Source: Candidatus Saccharimonadota bacterium (GTDB lineage: Bacteria > Pseudomonadota > Alphaproteobacteria > Rickettsiales > Anaplasmataceae). Taken from it: DNA of 32,000 nucleotides. The notes under the pieces were generated by a model. That model saw only the letters and a program-made list of their open reading frames with translations, made no database searches and was not told where the DNA came from. The position numbers were made by a program, and so were the translations under genes. Below are positions 1 through 10,127 of the stretch, piece after piece; the first letter of the stretch is position 1; each line of letters begins with the position of its first letter. The stretch spans positions 720,001 to 752,000 of the forward strand of contig NZ_CP046580.1 of NCBI RefSeq assembly GCF_013365495.1, written 5' to 3'.

Positions 1-774
1 GGCGGCATCTTTTTCAAAAGAAAAATCCATAGGCTGCATTTGAATCTGTTTAAGAAGCCTTATCCGATCTCTATGCACAGCAGCAAGCTCATAATTTTGC
101 TCATCACTATATTTTTTCATTGCAGAAAGTAACTGTTCTTCCACTTTATTGTTTCTTCCAAGTAATGTATCTTGTGCTTGTTTTACTAATTGATAATAAT
201 CATCTTTCGTAATTTTACCTATACATGGAGCTGAGCAACGTTTAACATGATACTCAAAACACGGCCTTTTGGTTGAGGAAAATTTTTTATCTGAACATCC
301 TCTTAAAAGAAAAGCCTTTTGTAATAACAATATAGTCTGCTTAACAGCAGTAGCAGATGTAAAGGGACCATAATAGTGAGACTCGCTTTTTTCTCCAAAT
401 CTATCTCTATGTTGTGCTATACTTGGATAAGTGTGTTTAGAAATTGTTATATAAGGATAAGATTTTCCATCTTTAAGCACAATATTATAAGTAGGCTGAA
501 GTGATTTTATTAATCTTGCTTCAAGAAGCAAAGCTTCAATTTCATTTTTAGTTATAAAAGTCTCAATCTTAACAACCTGTGAAAGCATAACTTTAACTCG
601 TTTAGAAAGGGCTCCTAATCGAAGATAACTAGATAACCTTGCTTTTAAATTTTTTGCCTTCCCAACATACAAAACCTTATCCTTTTCTCCAGTCATCTTA
701 TACACCCCACAAGTCTGTGTAGAAAACCTAACTTGCCTTTTTATTGCCTGAATATTATTTATAATGTCATTCAT
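1..774 (-). CDS. uvrC: Excinuclease ABC subunit C (UvrC), N-terminal 258 codons; the rest lies beyond the window start
   Basis: Absent from the ORF track because it runs off the edge. My translation of the minus strand from ATG 774-772 reads MNDIINNIQAIKRQVRFSTQTCGVYKMTGEKDKVLYVGKAKNLKARLSSYL...KRPCFEYHVKRCSAPCIGKIT...NYELAAVHRDRIRLLKQIQ. It shows the GIY-YIG motif (GVY...LYVGKAKNLKxRLxSY), a Cys segment and a UVR-domain motif. The frame stays open to position 1 (774 nt = 258 codons). Confidence 0.88.
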   Translation of the reverse strand, partial: MNDIINNIQAIKRQVRFSTQTCGVYKMTGEKDKVLYVGKAKNLKARLSSYLRLGALSKRVKVMLSQVVKIETFITKNEIEALLLEARLIKSLQPTYNIVLKDGKSYPYITISKHTYPSIAQHRDRFGEKSESHYYGPFTSATAVKQTILLLQKAFLLRGCSDKKFSSTKRPCFEYHVKRCSAPCIGKITKDDYYQLVKQAQDTLLGRNNKVEEQLLSAMKKYSDEQNYELAAVHRDRIRLLKQIQMQPMDFSFEKDAA

Positions 775-2879
775 TATTTAACTCGTATAAGATTAAAACA
801 TGCTACTAGATTAAAAATAGAAACAATACTCACAAGTAAAGATAACCTATTTTTCCTCAGCTTATTAGAAACACAATTAATCTTCACATTGTTCATAAAT
901 TGATTAATAAATGGAACAAAACCATTAAGTTCACTAAGCGCTGTATTAAAGCAACCATTTTTTATCGCTTGTTTAATGCTCATACAAATATTGATAGCAC
1001 GATTTGACAGTTCTATTTCTTCACTTTTAATCAAAAATTTTTCATCATAAAACGCACTATAAAGAATAGCATCATTTCTTTCTGCCTTGCCAACTATATT
1101 ACTCATCCTTTTATAAGTATTTAGTATCTGCTTTCCTTCAGGCGTATCAAGATAACAATCTAATATAACAGCTTGCTTCTCTACTGTCAGTAAATCATCA
1201 ATATCAGCAGTTTTATATAATATTGAACCCACAACATCTTGCCTCAAACCTTTACTCTTCAAAATAACCCTAAATCTCTCTAAACAAAACTTAAGTACAA
1301 GTTTTGAAACCTGCTCCCTATTTAGCTTATCTGATTGATTAATTGATACTTCATTTTCAGCAAATGTAGCTCTTGAATATAAAGAAATTGACTTACTTAT
1401 CAATAGTCTGATTGGAACATGTAAATTATTCTCAAGTACTATTCTAATTATACCAATCGTCATTCTCCGCAAACCAAACTGATCATATGAACCTGATATC
1501 TTCTCACCTGCTGCAATTAAACCCACTAAACTATCTATTTTATCAGCAATAGCTACAGCAATCGTAGTAGGAGACTTAGGGCACTTTTGTTTTGGTCCAA
1601 TTGGCTTATAATGCTCAGTTATAGCTTCAACTATCTCTTTATCTTCTTGAAAACAAGAAGCATAATACCCACCCATTATTCCTTGTAACCCTGGAAATTC
1701 TCTTACTATTGATGTTGCAAGATCTGCTTTTGCTAAGTATGCAGCATGTCCAACTTTAGTCAACGAAGCATATGGAACATACATAGCTATATATTTTGAC
1801 AAAACTATAATGCGCTTTACCTTTTCCCCAACACTCCCGAGCGAAGTATGAGATAATATCAAATCTAATTTTCTAACATAATAATCAAGATTTTCCTTTT
1901 TATCTTGGGATATCAAAAATTGCGCATCAGCAAGACGTGCCTCCAATACTCTTTCATATCCTTTGATAACTTCATCATTATTGATATTAACAACAGTAAC
2001 AAAATGCGAAATTCTCCCTCCATTACTTAAAGCAAGACATCTTTGTTGTATATTAATTATACTAAGAATTAACTCTTTTGGTAATCCGAATGACTTTGTT
2101 TGATCAACTTTACCAAACAATACAATTGGCCATTCTATAAGCCCTGTTAATTCATCCAGCAAATAATCATTTCTTTCAAGTCGCAGATTCCACTCTTTTA
2201 CAAATTTATTAATTTGATCGAGTATAAATTGCTTTCTTCTATCAGGTTGAAGAATAACATTATTTTTCTCTAATAACTTAAAATAGTCTTTAGGCGTTCT
2301 TACAGTCAATGCAACATCATCTAAAAAAAACCTATGACCATACGTTACATTGCACGCCGTAATTCCTGCAAAAGATACAGGTATTATCTCATCATTTAAA
2401 ATGCATAAAATATTCTTAATTGGCCTAACCCATCTTTCCTTTCTTTCACTCCACTTCATACTTTTTGGCCAAGAAAAATTTTTTAACATTTCTTCAAGTT
2501 GATTCTTAAAAAATTCTCTAATATCAAACACATCATCTTTTCTTCCAATAAAATAAAATTTTTTATCATTTACTTTTCGAATAAATAAATCCTTTTTACT
2601 TCTCTGATATCTTTTTAAAAAACCCTCAATAGCCCCTTCAGATACATTAACATTTGGTCCCTTAATTTCATCACCAAAATCTTTTAACCGCGAAACGCTT
2701 ATATCATTAACAAAAAGAACTATACGACGCGCCGTCACAAAGACCTCTACAGATACAAATTTCACATCATTTTTATTAAAAATATTAACAACATAACTTT
2801 TAATTTGAGATATAACTAAATTTTGCATTCTCGATGGTATTTCTTCTGAAAGACATTCAAATAACAGTTGTAACGACAT
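774..2879 (-). CDS. glyS: Glycyl-tRNA synthetase beta subunit
   Basis: ORF track gives 774..2909. I trimmed the start to ATG 2879 (MSLQLLFECLSEEIPSRMQ...), which lies 2 nt after the glyQ stop. About 701 aa. The N-terminal ExxxEEIP motif, the length and the position directly after glyQ fit GlyS of the alpha2-beta2 GlyRS. Confidence 0.92.
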   Translation of the reverse strand: MSLQLLFECLSEEIPSRMQNLVISQIKSYVVNIFNKNDVKFVSVEVFVTARRIVLFVNDISVSRLKDFGDEIKGPNVNVSEGAIEGFLKRYQRSKKDLFIRKVNDKKFYFIGRKDDVFDIREFFKNQLEEMLKNFSWPKSMKWSERKERWVRPIKNILCILNDEIIPVSFAGITACNVTYGHRFFLDDVALTVRTPKDYFKLLEKNNVILQPDRRKQFILDQINKFVKEWNLRLERNDYLLDELTGLIEWPIVLFGKVDQTKSFGLPKELILSIINIQQRCLALSNGGRISHFVTVVNINNDEVIKGYERVLEARLADAQFLISQDKKENLDYYVRKLDLILSHTSLGSVGEKVKRIIVLSKYIAMYVPYASLTKVGHAAYLAKADLATSIVREFPGLQGIMGGYYASCFQEDKEIVEAITEHYKPIGPKQKCPKSPTTIAVAIADKIDSLVGLIAAGEKISGSYDQFGLRRMTIGIIRIVLENNLHVPIRLLISKSISLYSRATFAENEVSINQSDKLNREQVSKLVLKFCLERFRVILKSKGLRQDVVGSILYKTADIDDLLTVEKQAVILDCYLDTPEGKQILNTYKRMSNIVGKAERNDAILYSAFYDEKFLIKSEEIELSNRAINICMSIKQAIKNGCFNTALSELNGFVPFINQFMNNVKINCVSNKLRKNRLSLLVSIVSIFNLVACFNLIRVK

Positions 2880-2881
2880 GG

Positions 2882-3721
2882 TTATTGATTCATGTATAAC
2901 TCGCAGCATTTTTTTGCTAGCTCTCTAACCCTACTAATATATATTATACGCTTATTCACGCCAAGTACTCCTCTTGCATCAAGCAAATTAAGTAAATGAC
3001 TAGTTTTAATGCATTGATCATAAGCCGCTACAGGTAATTTTTTTTCAATCAAGAACTGACATAATTTCTCCGTATCTTCAAATTGCTGTTGTACTACTTC
3101 AGTATTATAATAGTCTAACGACAAGTAAGAAAATTCATATTCCCTTTGCCTAAAAATATCTCCATAAGTTACTCCACTATCATCCCAAATTATATCAAAA
3201 ACATTATCTACACTTTGTATACACATTGCCAAACGTTCTAATCCATATGCTAGTTCACCAGGAATTATTTTACAATCAATGCTTCCTACTTGTTGTATAT
3301 AAGTAAGTTGTGCTACTTCTATCCCATTGCATATAACCTCCCATCCAAGACCTGATGCACCAATACTTGGACTTTCCCAATCATCTTCAATAAATTTAAT
3401 ATCATATCTCTTTGTATGTACACCAAGAGCCTTTAAGCTATCTAAATAGATATCTTGCAAATTATTTCCAGAAGGTTTTATTATTACCTGATACTGATGA
3501 TGTTGATATAGACGGTTAGGATTATTAGCATAACGACCATCTGCTGGCCTAATTACTGGCTGTAGATACGCAATTTTTATTGGTTTTATATCAATTGCTG
3601 ACATAACTGTTGCAGGGTGTAACGTACCAGCTCCAACTTCAGATGTGTATGGATGAAGTATAGTACATCCTTCCTCAACCCAAAAATTTTGTAACTCTTT
3701 TATTATACTTTGTAAATTCAC
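2882..3721 (-). CDS. glyQ: Glycyl-tRNA synthetase alpha subunit
   Basis: 279 aa. MNLQSIIKELQNFWVEEGCTILHPYTSEVGAGTLHPATV... matches the conserved GlyQ N-terminus (LQxYWxxxGCxIxxPxxxEVGAGTxHP). The start codon at 3721-3719 reads GTG, not ATG. Confidence 0.95.
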   Translation of the reverse strand: MNLQSIIKELQNFWVEEGCTILHPYTSEVGAGTLHPATVMSAIDIKPIKIAYLQPVIRPADGRYANNPNRLYQHHQYQVIIKPSGNNLQDIYLDSLKALGVHTKRYDIKFIEDDWESPSIGASGLGWEVICNGIEVAQLTYIQQVGSIDCKIIPGELAYGLERLAMCIQSVDNVFDIIWDDSGVTYGDIFRQREYEFSYLSLDYYNTEVVQQQFEDTEKLCQFLIEKKLPVAAYDQCIKTSHLLNLLDARGVLGVNKRIIYISRVRELAKKCCELYMNQ

Positions 3722-3767
3722 ACAAACTATATAATTTTTATAATAAATATATAAACAAATAGAAACT

Positions 3768-4523
3768 CTACCAATATTTATTTTTTACACTATCACGTAG
3801 ATAATTATCAAAAACTGCTAAACTTCCTTTTACATGCTGAATTATACTTTTATTTAAAACAATTGCATCATGCATAGTTAAATCACAGCATATAAATGCA
3901 ATCAAATATAGAAAAATCACTGCATAAAAAGCATGAAAAATTCCTTCAAACGTAATTGATATTGCATTATTATAACTGAGTTGTATTGAACTTATTGGCC
4001 AAGGTTTTACTATTTCTATAATAGTAAAAAATATATAAGGTATCATCAAGAAAAAGAAAAAATGCATAAAATTATCAAACCAAAATGCACACTGAAGTAT
4101 TTCTTTACATATATTTCTATATAATTTACTTATAACATAATAAATTGACATTATTGCTGGCATTGAAAGTGCAATAGTCAATAGCTGTCCTAATGCTATT
4201 TGTATTACTATATTTTCACTACTATTCGCTGAAGGATCTTTAATATGGAAAACAAATATTCCAATTAACTGCAAAACTAATACACCTATTGCCAATTTCG
4301 CAAAAATAGCAGCAATAATTATACCTGAATATGGCATCTTATACAGTATAAAATCAATTCCATATATAAAAATTAATATAATATCTGTAATAAGCAATAT
4401 TAAAAAAGAAGACCAATAATTTTGCCAACTCGGTAAATACCCTATCCCTAAAAAAGAGCTTATCGCTTTAGCAGGAAAAACTCTACATAATACCTCTTTT
4501 AGAACAGTCAAAAAAATTTCCAT
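3768..4523 (-). CDS. pgpA: Polytopic membrane protein, divergent phosphatidylglycerophosphatase A (PgpA) family
   Basis: 251 aa and very hydrophobic. FLGIGYLPSW resembles the PgpA FGSGLSPxxPGT segment, and the KPWPI motif (IIEIVKPWPISS) is conserved. AAGG lies just upstream of ATG 4523. It is longer than typical PgpA (about 170 aa), and several acidic positions are substituted. Confidence 0.55.
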   Translation of the reverse strand: MEIFLTVLKEVLCRVFPAKAISSFLGIGYLPSWQNYWSSFLILLITDIILIFIYGIDFILYKMPYSGIIIAAIFAKLAIGVLVLQLIGIFVFHIKDPSANSSENIVIQIALGQLLTIALSMPAIMSIYYVISKLYRNICKEILQCAFWFDNFMHFFFFLMIPYIFFTIIEIVKPWPISSIQLSYNNAISITFEGIFHAFYAVIFLYLIAFICCDLTMHDAIVLNKSIIQHVKGSLAVFDNYLRDSVKNKYW

Positions 4524-4723
4524 ACCTTAAATGATACTTAGCAATAGGTCATATTCATTAATATAGCAAGCTTTTATCAATAGTTCAAAACCACCCCCTA
4601 CCCAGAAAGACTTTTAAATACCTATATAACGATAAAATAAGATTTATACAAAACTTAACAACCAATAATCCCCTTAGAAAAATTATATTGACTAAATGGA
4701 CGCAAAATCAAATTAAACTCCCC

Positions 4724-7156
4724 TCAAGCCTTTAACTCCTCAAATATTACACTTGCTCTTTCTAGTACAGAATCGGGAAAACCAGCAAGTTTTGCTACAT
4801 ATATTCCATATGACTCATCTGCAATACCTTCAACTACCTCATGTAAAAAAATAACTTTTCCGTTCCATTCTCTTACTTTCACACAGAAACATTTTATGTT
4901 TTTTAAGTTTTTACCCACTTTAGTTAATTCATGATAATGAGTTGCAAAAATAGCACGACATTTATTCACATTATGAATATGCTCAACTACTGCCTGAGCA
5001 ATAGATAAACCATCACATATTCCTGTACCTCTACCAATTTCATCAAGTATTACTAAGGAACGATCTGTTGCCTGATTCACTATAGCTGCTGTTTCAAGCA
5101 TTTCTACCATAAAAGTAGAATAGCCAAATGCTAAATTATCTGTTGCACCAACTCTGCTAAATACCTTATCAATCACTCCAATATGTGCACTATCTGCTGG
5201 TACAAATGAACCCATATGAGCTAAAATTGCAATGAGAGCATTTTGCCTTAAAAAAGTACTTTTTCCAGCCATATTAGGACCAGTAATTAAATGTATACCA
5301 ACTAAATTAATGCTATTTGCAATAAACTTACCATGAATTTCAACCACTGGATGTCTTCCACCATAAATATTAAATTCCTTACTATCATCAATAATAGGCT
5401 TTACATAGTTATTTTGTACCGCGAGCTCTGCAAGTGAAACCCTAACGTCAAGTTTAGCTAAAGCATTTGCAGCAAGAGCAATTTTTTCAGATCTTTTAGC
5501 AATTTTACTACACAATTCATCAAAAATTTTCATTTCTAAGTTAATCATAGCATCACGTGCCGTGAGAATTTTGTTCTCTAATTCTTTCAACTCATTAGTA
5601 GTGTAACGCATACTATTTGCTAAACTTTGTCTATGAATAAAGAGGTTAGAAGTTAATTTATAATTTGTTGACACTTCAACATAATAACCAAGAATATTAT
5701 TATACAATATTTTTAGTGCAGCAATACCAGTCAGGTCACAATAAAATTTACGAAGTTTAGCTATTAGTTTGTTACTATTATCTAACACATAAGATAATTC
5801 TGATAATTCTTGATTATATTGTGGATTAATAAATCTCCCCTCTTTTACAGAATTAAGATCATTATTAAGCACAGCCTCGTCTAAAAGATCAAATAGTTCT
5901 TTATGATTACCAAGTTTTTTACGTATTGCTCTGAGTTCATTTTTACCAGACTCAATTTTACATAAAAACTTAGATAATTCTAAAGTTTTTCCAAGACCAA
6001 CTTTTAATAAATTGATATCCCTCGGTGAACCACGCCCTAACACCAAGCGTGATAATAACCTCTCAATATCTGGAATACTAGAAAGTATTTCTCGCACTTC
6101 TTTGCATAATCCATAATGACTAACAAAAAATTCAACAGTACTAAGTCTTAAATTAATTGCTTTAGAACAAACAAGCGGAGAAGCAAGCATTTGTTTAAGC
6201 AATCGCCCACCAGAAGCTGTCACTGTATAATCAATTACTGAAATTAGCGAACCTTTTCTTTCACTAGATTGAGTTAAAAACAACTCAAGATTTCTCCTTG
6301 CCGAAGAATCGATAAACATAAAACTTTCTTGCTTATAAGATTTTGGTAACTCAAGCCTTGGAACAAAACCCTTTTGAGTTACTCTTACATACTCAAGCAA
6401 TGCACCACAAGCCATTACCTCTACTTTGCTAAAATTTCCTATAACCTCAAGTTTTTTAATTTTATAAAATTCACATAGAACTCTATAAGATTTATTATAC
6501 TCAAAAAAACTCTGAGCATGCTGTGTAATTGAGGTTTTGTAATTCTTTAAAATTAACCTCACTTTCTCATTCTCAATAAGCTTTTCAGAAATTAATAATT
6601 CTTTTGGTGACACACGCAGTAAATCATTATCCAGAGATTTCAAATTTGTTTTAATATGAAAAAACTTTCCTGTCGATAATTCAAGCCAACCAATAGCATA
6701 CTCTTCATTCTGTTCAACTATGGATGCAAGATAATTATTACTTTTATCCTCCAATAATGAATCTTCAATAACCGTACCTGGAGTAATAATTCGAACTACA
6801 TCACGTTTTACTATGGATTTATATCCTCTTCTTTTTGCTTCATCAGCAGTTTCTAACTGATCACAAACTGCTACTTTAAATCCTAAAGCTACTAACTTAC
6901 ATAAATAAGACTCACTGTTATGCACCGGTACTCCACACATTGGTATATCTTGTCCACATGAATTACCCCTTTTAGTAAGCACGATATTTAGCAATTTTGC
7001 AGTTTTAACAGCATCATCAAAAAATAATTCATAAAAATCACCTAATCTATAAAACAACAAATGATCATTATATTGAGCTTTTAGATTCAAATATTGTTCC
7101 ATCACAGGAGTGTTTCTTTCTTTCATACAATCCATAATTTCTTTAAACATAATCAT
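4724..7156 (-). CDS. mutS: DNA mismatch repair protein MutS
   Basis: 810 aa. Contains [34 protein letters not shown] (MutS domain I), Walker [21 protein letters not shown] and ATHYHEL. The true start may be a downstream Met, for example [12 protein letters not shown] at 7126. Confidence 0.95.
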   Translation of the reverse strand: MIMFKEIMDCMKERNTPVMEQYLNLKAQYNDHLLFYRLGDFYELFFDDAVKTAKLLNIVLTKRGNSCGQDIPMCGVPVHNSESYLCKLVALGFKVAVCDQLETADEAKRRGYKSIVKRDVVRIITPGTVIEDSLLEDKSNNYLASIVEQNEEYAIGWLELSTGKFFHIKTNLKSLDNDLLRVSPKELLISEKLIENEKVRLILKNYKTSITQHAQSFFEYNKSYRVLCEFYKIKKLEVIGNFSKVEVMACGALLEYVRVTQKGFVPRLELPKSYKQESFMFIDSSARRNLELFLTQSSERKGSLISVIDYTVTASGGRLLKQMLASPLVCSKAINLRLSTVEFFVSHYGLCKEVREILSSIPDIERLLSRLVLGRGSPRDINLLKVGLGKTLELSKFLCKIESGKNELRAIRKKLGNHKELFDLLDEAVLNNDLNSVKEGRFINPQYNQELSELSYVLDNSNKLIAKLRKFYCDLTGIAALKILYNNILGYYVEVSTNYKLTSNLFIHRQSLANSMRYTTNELKELENKILTARDAMINLEMKIFDELCSKIAKRSEKIALAANALAKLDVRVSLAELAVQNNYVKPIIDDSKEFNIYGGRHPVVEIHGKFIANSINLVGIHLITGPNMAGKSTFLRQNALIAILAHMGSFVPADSAHIGVIDKVFSRVGATDNLAFGYSTFMVEMLETAAIVNQATDRSLVILDEIGRGTGICDGLSIAQAVVEHIHNVNKCRAIFATHYHELTKVGKNLKNIKCFCVKVREWNGKVIFLHEVVEGIADESYGIYVAKLAGFPDSVLERASVIFEELKA

Positions 7157-8450
7157 ATTGCAATAATTTTAAATTTATTATTACATATGAATAACATAAA
7201 ATTTAAATACAAACATTTCACAAAAATAAACTTCCTAAAAATACATAATAAACTTATCCCTTCTATCTACAACTATCCAAAATATATGGAATCGACTCTT
7301 CTTTGAAAAGCTTAAATCATCATTGAATGCACACTAAATTAGATTAGCAATAAAAAAAGTAACAAAACTTTTTTATCATTTACTTTTCAAATGTTCACTA
7401 TATGAAAAGTACCAAAACTGAGTAAATCAAAATCATATAATGCAAGTACATTTTTAATATATCATGCATTAAATTTTATACATCATTTCTTATTACAAAA
7501 CTTACACAAAGTATAAACTTACTAATATTTTTTAAGATAAATAATATTCCTAATATATTGCTTTAAAAAATTTAATTATCCTATTCTCCTATAAAAATCT
7601 TTAAATAGATATAAAACAGTTTTCTAAATAAAATCAAGAAACTAAGGTAATTAATAACAAAATCTTATCTTTAAAAATAAATGTCATATACAATTATCAT
7701 CGCTACTTGACTATAAATTAAAAAATATCTGCAGTCCTTCACCACCGCTTTAGTCAATTAAAAAAAATTATAAAAATTAATATAAAGTTAAAAATTACTC
7801 ATCTAACTCTATAAAAATTTTATTTAAAATAAAGCTCAATTCAAAGCTTAAATATAGCATACTTTAATCTAAATTAACTAATAAATTACCTATATTATTT
7901 TAAAAAAAATACATAAAAACACTACTACATCATTTATATATATAGCCTTCCTAAAAAAATAAATTAAAAAAACTATATGCCATTAGTTATAACATAGGAA
8001 TATTAGACTTTTGCTTATGATATTAGCCTTAAAAAAAAGTTATTATTATGACTTTATTACACACAAATTCATCTGCAAATTACAAACAGCAAATATTATA
8101 ATAAGTATATATTAATTATAAAAGTATATATATAATTAACCCCTCAACTTTTTTTAGTTATAAATTACGACCATAAAAAATATACTTAAATTAAATAAAT
8201 TAATAATTTAATTACAAACCATCAAAATTTAAAAAAAATTGCAAGTAGTATTATAAAACACTTAACCGTAAATCCTCATTTATTACAAAAAAAATAGTAA
8301 TCACCCAAACATTATATTTTTAATAACTAAAACATAAATTATTAAACTCAAAGGCTAAGTATCATTTCAAATTTTTTTAAAAAGTTGAGTCTATAAATAT
8401 AACACATTTGAAATCTTCTTCAAAAGAAAGAAAATTATAAATAATCTTAA

Positions 8451-8969
8451 TTATCTACATCTAATACACGTCTCAGTAATAATAATATCTAATTTTTGAT
8501 CGTGTTCTTCTATAGGTAAATTTTTATAACATTGTTCTTCATAAGCTACACCTATAAATATTTTTCTAAATGGCCGCAATTCTTTTATTATAATATCATA
8601 CCATCCACTTCCAAAACCTAATCTACTCAAACAATCATCAAAAGCAATAACAGGAATAATTATTGCATCAGGAACTATATCTTCACCTTTTCCATTCCAT
8701 TTTCTAAATTTTAACTGCTTATTTTCATCAGGGATTGCCACATTATAACCTAAATCAAGCAAATTATACATCAAGGGCATAACATCTATTTCTTGATCAA
8801 TTGGAATATAAGCAGCAATAGTTTTACCTTTTATATAACTTAAGCTTTGATCAAAAAGATTAATAAGAGAATTTGCTGCATAATTTGAATAACTCTGATC
8901 AATATTCTTTCTTATAGCTCTATATTGTTCCCTTATCCTTTTTTTCTGTTGTTTAATATCTTTTAACAT
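8451..8969 (-). CDS. 5-formyltetrahydrofolate cyclo-ligase (MTHFS family)
   Basis: 172 aa. Basic N-terminal helix KKRIREQYRAIRKNI and a C-terminal GFGSGWYD motif (family G-x-G-x-G-[FY]-YD). ATG at 8969. Overlaps the upstream gene by 17 nt. Confidence 0.8.
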   Translation of the reverse strand: MLKDIKQQKKRIREQYRAIRKNIDQSYSNYAANSLINLFDQSLSYIKGKTIAAYIPIDQEIDVMPLMYNLLDLGYNVAIPDENKQLKFRKWNGKGEDIVPDAIIIPVIAFDDCLSRLGFGSGWYDIIIKELRPFRKIFIGVAYEEQCYKNLPIEEHDQKLDIIITETCIRCR

Positions 8970-9582
8970 GATCTATCCACTTTGCAGTAAGTTTTTCCTG
9001 CAAACTGTTTTGCTTTAAACGTTCACTTAAAAAGTCAAAATCAACAAAATCCATATCTTGGTCTTGACGACTACAACTATAAATAAAACTCTCTTTTCCT
9101 GTTTCCATATTTATATGCCGTTGCACACATTGAGCACAAATTTCTTTCATCATACACTGCATAGGAGAATTAATTGATGATACTGCTACATGGCCAGATC
9201 TTAAATATGGTCTTAAAACCGTTTTTCTAGCCTCATTTACAGTCTTCATCATTTTATCAGAACCAACAACAATAATTTGATCTATAGCATCTAAATTTAC
9301 CTCAGTATTACCCAATATTCCATGTTGATAAGAAACTATTGCATCAACTATATTACCGTGAAAAGATCTATCTTGACTCCTGTTCGCTTTTATCAACCCT
9401 TCTTCACATACCCAAACTACAATAGTTGCCGCATATTCTATTAGTGTTTGTTTAAATACATCATTTAATTTTTTATAGCCAGCAAAATATAAAACCTCAT
9501 TCTTATTCTCAAGACATGCTTTTCCTATTGAAAACAATACCGCATTTCCAACTCCACCGCCAATTAGCATTATATTTTTCAT
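8953..9582 (-). CDS. PyrK/FNR-like NAD(P)-binding oxidoreductase with a C-terminal Cys cluster; no N-terminal flavin domain
   Basis: ORF track gives 8953..9693, but its first 37 codons read through the tRNA-Ser gene, so I start at ATG 9582 (MKNIMLIGGGVGNAVLFSIGKA...). It has the GGGxGxA nucleotide-binding motif and MQCMMKEICAQCV...YSCSRQD, which resembles the PyrK 2Fe-2S Cys pattern. 209 aa. Confidence 0.5.
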   Translation of the reverse strand: MKNIMLIGGGVGNAVLFSIGKACLENKNEVLYFAGYKKLNDVFKQTLIEYAATIVVWVCEEGLIKANRSQDRSFHGNIVDAIVSYQHGILGNTEVNLDAIDQIIVVGSDKMMKTVNEARKTVLRPYLRSGHVAVSSINSPMQCMMKEICAQCVQRHINMETGKESFIYSCSRQDQDMDFVDFDFLSERLKQNSLQEKLTAKWIDHVKRY

Positions 9583-9605
9583 AATTTTTACTTCTATTTT
9601 ACATA

Positions 9606-9691
9606 CGGAAAAGGGGGGATTTGAACCCCCGACATACTTTATATGTGCACGCTTTCCAAGCGTGTGCTTTAAACCACTCAGCCACCTTTCC
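9606..9691 (-). tRNA. tRNA-Ser, anticodon GGA
   Basis: Minus strand reads GGAAAGGTGGCTGAGTGGTTTAAAGCACACGCTTGGAAAGCGTGCACATATAAAGTATGTCGGGGGTTCAAATCCCCCCTTTTCCG. Hand fold: 7-bp acceptor stem (one G-U), anticodon stem CACGC/GCGTG with loop TTGGAAA, long variable arm ACATA/TATGT, and T arm GGGGG-TTCAAAT-CCCCC. CCA is not encoded. Confidence 0.93.
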
Positions 9692-10127
9692 ACACATTAT
9701 CATAATATTGAAAAATTGACCTCAAGCAAGTTTAGTTATAAAACAAGATTATACATAGAACTTACTATAAAAATTTATAGTATGTAAATTTACTATCTAG
9801 ATTAAAAATACCTCACACCTTACAAACACTAAATATTCATTTTTAAGTAAAAAATTAATATAAATATAAAACGAACAATATAATTACATTATCTTTATGT
9901 TCTTTATTACAAGATCTAAATCTTGCAAGCCACACTAGATAATCTACCATTAAGTTTTTTTTCTTTCAAATTGAACTTACTAGTACCTAATTCAATAACA
10001 TATATAACATAAATTGCATGAACACTATTACAAAAACAGTATAAATAATATATTAATCCTTACTAAACTAAGTAAAAATTTTATAAAAAAAAATATAGCA
10101 TAAAAAATTATAAAAATAGAAAAAAAG

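Noticed and set aside
2559-2578. 20-nt exact match (ttttttatcatttacttttc) between glyS (2559-2578) and the mutS-upstream spacer (7369-7388)
   Set aside because: The match is T-rich and low-complexity, and flanking similarity decays immediately. My rough estimate puts it near what chance allows at this base composition. It is worth a BLASTN self-comparison but is not evidence of a duplication.
7094-7306. 70-aa plus-strand ORF overlapping the mutS start
   Set aside because: Low-complexity peptide antisense to the mutS 5' end, with no RBS and spacer-like composition.
9583-9693. N-terminal 37 codons of track ORF 8953..9693 (MERWLSGLKHTLGKRAHIKYVGGSNPPFSVCKIEVKI)
   Set aside because: This stretch is the translation of the tRNA-Ser gene read in frame. 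The real CDS starts at ATG 9582.
9764-9781. actataaa-aa-tttatagt palindrome upstream of tRNA-Ser
   Set aside because: A pure A/T 8-bp palindrome with a 2-nt centre, which is likely a chance occurrence in this composition.
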